64,000 nucleotides of DNA from NCBI GenBank assembly GCA_964016885.1, contig OZ024754.1, positions 24,738,001-24,802,000 of the forward strand, read 5' to 3'. This stretch comes from Eledone cirrhosa. Taxonomy: Eukaryota. The notes below the pieces were generated by a model. That model made no database searches, was not told the origin of the DNA, and saw only the letters and a program-made list of their open reading frames with translations. A program made the translations under genes and the position numbers. This document shows positions 59,901 through 64,000 of the stretch, in pieces (within the stretch, counting starts at the first letter, position 1; each line of letters begins with the position of its first letter).

Positions 59901-62900
59901 ACTAACAACAACAACAATAACGATAGTACTAACAATAACAACAATAACGATAGTACTAACAGCAACAACAATAACGGTAGTACTAACAACAACAACAATA
60001 ACGATAGTACTAACAACAACAACAATAACGATAGTATTAACAACAACAACAATAACGATAGTACTAACAACAACAACAACAACAATAACGATAGTACTAA
60101 CAACAACAACAACAATAACGATAGTACTAACAGCAACAACAATAACGATAGTACTAACAACAACAACAATAACGATAGTACTAACAGCAACAACAATAAC
60201 GATAGTACTAACAACAACAACAATAACGATAGTACTAAAGGCAACAATAATAACGATAGTACTAACAACAGCAACAATAACGATAGTACTAACAGCAACA
60301 ACAATAACGATAGTACTAACAGCAACAACAATAACGATAGTACTAACAACAACAACAATAACGATAGTACTAACAGCAACAACAATAACGATAGTACTAA
60401 CAACAACAACAATAAGGATAGTACTAACAGCAACAACAATAACGATAGTACTAACAACAACAACAATAACGATAGTACTAACAGCAACAACAATAACGAT
60501 AGTACTAACAACAACAACAATAACGATAGTACTAACAACAACAACTATAACGATAGTACTAACAACAACAATAACGATAGTACTAACAGCAACGACAATA
60601 ACGATAGTACTAACAGCAACAACAATAACGATAGTACTAACAGCAACAACAATAACGATAGTACTAACAACAACCACAATAACGATAGTACTAACAACAA
60701 CAACTATAACGATAGTACTAACAACAACAATAACGATAGTACTAACAGCAACGACAATAACGATAGTACTAACAGCAACAACAATAACGATAGTACTAAC
60801 AACAACAACAATAACGATAGTACTAACAGCAACAACAATAACGATAGTACTAACAACAACAACAATAACGATAGTACTAACAACAACAATTAAAACGATA
60901 GTACTAACAACAACAATAACGATAGTACTAACAGCAACGCCAATAACGATAGTACTAACAGCAACAACAATAACGATAGTACTAACAACAACAATAACGA
61001 TAGTACTAACAACAACAACAATAACGATAGTACTAACAGCAACAACAATAACGATAGTACTAACAGCAACAAAAATAACGATAGTACTAACAGCAACAAC
61101 AATAACGATAGTACTAACAACAACAACAATAACGATAGTACTAACAACAACAACTATAACGATAGTACTAACAACAACAATAACGATAGTACTAACAGCA
61201 ACGACAATAACGATAGTACTAACAGCAACAACAATAACGATAGTACTAACAACAACAACAATAACGATAGTACTAACAGCAACAACAACAACAACAATAA
61301 CGATAGTACTAACAGCAAGAACAATAACGATAGTACTAACAACAACAACAATAACGATAGTACTAACAACAACAATAACGATAGTACTAACAGCAACAAC
61401 AATAACGATAGTACTAACAGCAACAAAAATAACGATAGTACTAACAGCAACAACAATAACGATAGTACTAACAACAACAACAATAACGATAGTACTAACA
61501 ACAACAACTATAACGATAGTACTAACAACAACAATAACGATAGTACTAACAGCAACGACAATAACGATAGTACTAACAGCAACAACAATAACGATAGTAC
61601 TAACAACAACAACAATAACGATAGTACTAACAGCAACAACAACAACAACTATAACGATAGTACTAACAACAACAATAACGATAGTACTAACAACAACGAC
61701 AATAACGATAGTACTAGCAACAACAACAACAATAACGATAGTACTAACAACAACAAGAATAACAATAGGACTAACAACAACAACAATAACGATAGTACTA
61801 ACAACAACAACAACAACAACAATAACGATAGTACTAACAGCAAGAACAATAACGATAGTACTAACAACAACGACAATAACGATAGTACTAACAACAACAA
61901 CAACAATAACGATAGTACTAACAACTACAAGAATAACAATAGTACTAACAACAACAACAATAACGATAGTACTAACAACAACAAGAATAACAATAGTACT
62001 AACAACGACAATAACGATAGTACTAACAACAACAATAACGATAGTACTAACAACAACAATAACGATAGTACTAACAACAACAACAATAACGATAGTACTA
62101 ACAACAACAAGAATAACAATAGTACTAACAACAACAAATATAACGATAGTACTAACAGCAACAACAATAACGATAGTACTAACAACAACAACAATAACGA
62201 TAGTACTAACAACAACAACAATAACGATAGTACTAACAACAACAAGAATAACAATAGTACTAACAACAACAACAATAACGATAGTACTAACAGCAACAAC
62301 AATAACGATAGTACGAACAACAACAACAATAACGATAGTACTAACAACAACAAGAATAACAACAGTACTAACAACAACAACAATAACGATAGTACTAACA
62401 ACAACAAGAATAACAATAGTACTAACAGCAACAACAATAACGATAGTACTAACAACAACATCAATAACAATAGTACTAACAACAACAACAATAACGATAG
62501 TACTAACAACAACAACAATAACGATAGTACTAACAACAACAAGAATAACAATAGTACTAACAGCAACAACAATAACGATAGTACTAACAACAACAACAAT
62601 AACGATAGTACTAACAGCAACAACAATAACGATAGTACTAACAACAACAATAACAATAGTACTAACAACAACAACAATAACGATAGTACTAACAACAACA
62701 ATAATGATAGTACTAACAACAACAATAATGATAGTACTAACAACAACAATAACGATAGTACTAACAACAACAATAACAATAGTACTAACAACAACAACAA
62801 TAACGATAGTACTAACAACAACAATAACGATAGTACTTACAACAACAATAACGATAGTACTAACAACAACAATAACGATAGTAATAACAACAACAATAAT

Positions 62901-64000
62901 AACAATAGTACTAACAACAACAATAACAATAGTACTAACAACAACAACAATAACGATAGTACTTACAACAACAATAACGATAGTAGTAACAACAACAATA
63001 ACGATAGTACTAACAACAACAATAACGATAGTACTAACAACAACAACAATAACGATAGTACTAACAACAACAATAACGATAGTACTAACAACAACAACAA
63101 TAAGGATAGTACTAACAACAACAACAATAACGATAGTACTAACAACAACAACAATAACGATAGTACTAACAACAACAATAACGATAGTACTAACAACAAC
63201 AATAACAATAGTACTAACAACAACAACAATAACGATAGTACTAACAACAACAATAACAATAGTACTAACAACAACAACAATAACGATAGTACTAACAACA
63301 ACAATAACGATAGTACTAACAGCAACAATAACGATAGTACTAACAACAACAACAATAACGATAGAACTAACAACAACAACAATAACGATAGTACTAACAG
63401 CAACAATAACGATAGTACTAACAACAACAATAACGATAGTACTAACAACAACAACAATAACGATAGTACTAACGACAACAACAATAACGATAGTACTAAC
63501 AACAACAACAATAACGATAGTACTAACAACAACAATAATGATAGTACTAACAACAACAATAACAATAGTACTAACAACAACAACAATAACGATAGTACTA
63601 ACAACAACAATAACGATAGTACTAACAGCAACAATAACGATAGTACTAACAACAACAACAATAACGATAGTACTAACAACAACAATAACGATAGTACTAA
63701 CAACAACAATAACGATAGTACTAACAACAACAACAATAACGATAGTACTAACAACAACAATAACGATAGTACTAACAGCAACAATAACGATAGTACTAAC
63801 AACAACAACAATAACGATAGTACTAACAACAACAATAACGATATTACTAACAACAACAATAACGATAGTACTAACAACAACAATAACGATAGTACTAACA
63901 ACAACAATAACGATAGTACTAACAACAACATTAACGATAGTACTAACAACAACAATAACGATAGTACTAACAGCAACAATAACGATAGTACTAGCAACAA

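Larger units (their letters stand above)
7840..64000 (+). other. Stop-free reading frame +1 (~18,700 codons), not called as a CDS
   Basis: Last stop is TGA 7837-7839. There is an in-frame ATG at 9601, yet the track lists no terminating ORF. Reads TTTTITIVL to 35829, NNNNNNDST to 57335, then TTTTITIVL again. Confidence refers to the frame being open, not to it being translated. Confidence 0.75.
7878..64000 (+). repeat. Giant tandem satellite, monomer (AAC|AGC)3-4 AAT AAC GAT AGT ACT (mostly 27 or 24 bp), roughly 2,100 monomers, continuing past the window end
   Basis: Uninterrupted single-orientation array. The monomer contains AGTACT (ScaI) within the palindrome TAGTACTA. The 27-mer is 15 A, 6 C, 4 T, 2 G. 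Copy number estimated as 56 kb / ~26 bp. Confidence 0.99.

Noticed and set aside
7632-60677. Minus-strand 9,614-aa, 7,176-aa and 1,130-aa Val/Ile ORFs as real proteins
   Set aside because: They are antisense readings of the satellite. All consensus codons end in T or C, so stops cannot arise by one substitution. The product would be an implausible uninterrupted hydrophobic polymer, and the starts are arbitrary.
7841-64000. Dozens of poly-Leu ORFs resembling signal peptides or TM helices
   Set aside because: This is the stop-prone frame (TTG/TTA/TCG) and it is broken wherever a variant occurs. It is useful only as a marker of HOR periods.
7878-64000. CRISPR-like look (constant AATAACGATAGTACT plus variable linker)
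   Set aside because: The linkers are 6-21-bp AAC runs, not unique spacers. There are no cas genes and the context is eukaryotic.
7878-64000. Telomeric repeat array
   Set aside because: There is no TTAGGG-like G-rich unit, and variable monomers with kb-scale HORs indicate recombinational amplification rather than telomerase synthesis.

Overview
Eukaryotic (animal) repetitive DNA with no intact host gene; the SINE and the dense (TA)n/(TATG)n background resemble cephalopod (octopus-like) genomes, which is my recollection and not a database result. Bases 1-7,300 are a mosaic of transposon relics separated by (TA)n tracts. They comprise an internally deleted L1/Tx1-type ORF2 with its 3' UTR, a tRNA-derived MetaSINE-like copy, a MITE with ~85-bp TIRs, a 229-bp direct repeat pair and Penelope-like element (PLE) 3' ends. 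The PLE ends carry a degenerate GIY-YIG endonuclease and minimal hammerhead ribozyme motifs. From ~7,880 to the window end (>56 kb) runs one head-to-tail satellite with monomer (AAC/AGC)3-4 AAT AAC GAT AGT ACT (24/27 bp). It shows nested higher-order repeats and I found only two non-triplet indels in it. As a result frame +1 appears stop-free from 7,840 to 64,000, which the ORF track does not list. The codon make-up of the monomer makes three frames intrinsically stop-resistant, so a non-coding satellite is the default reading; a giant mucin-like or Asn-rich exon is a testable alternative.
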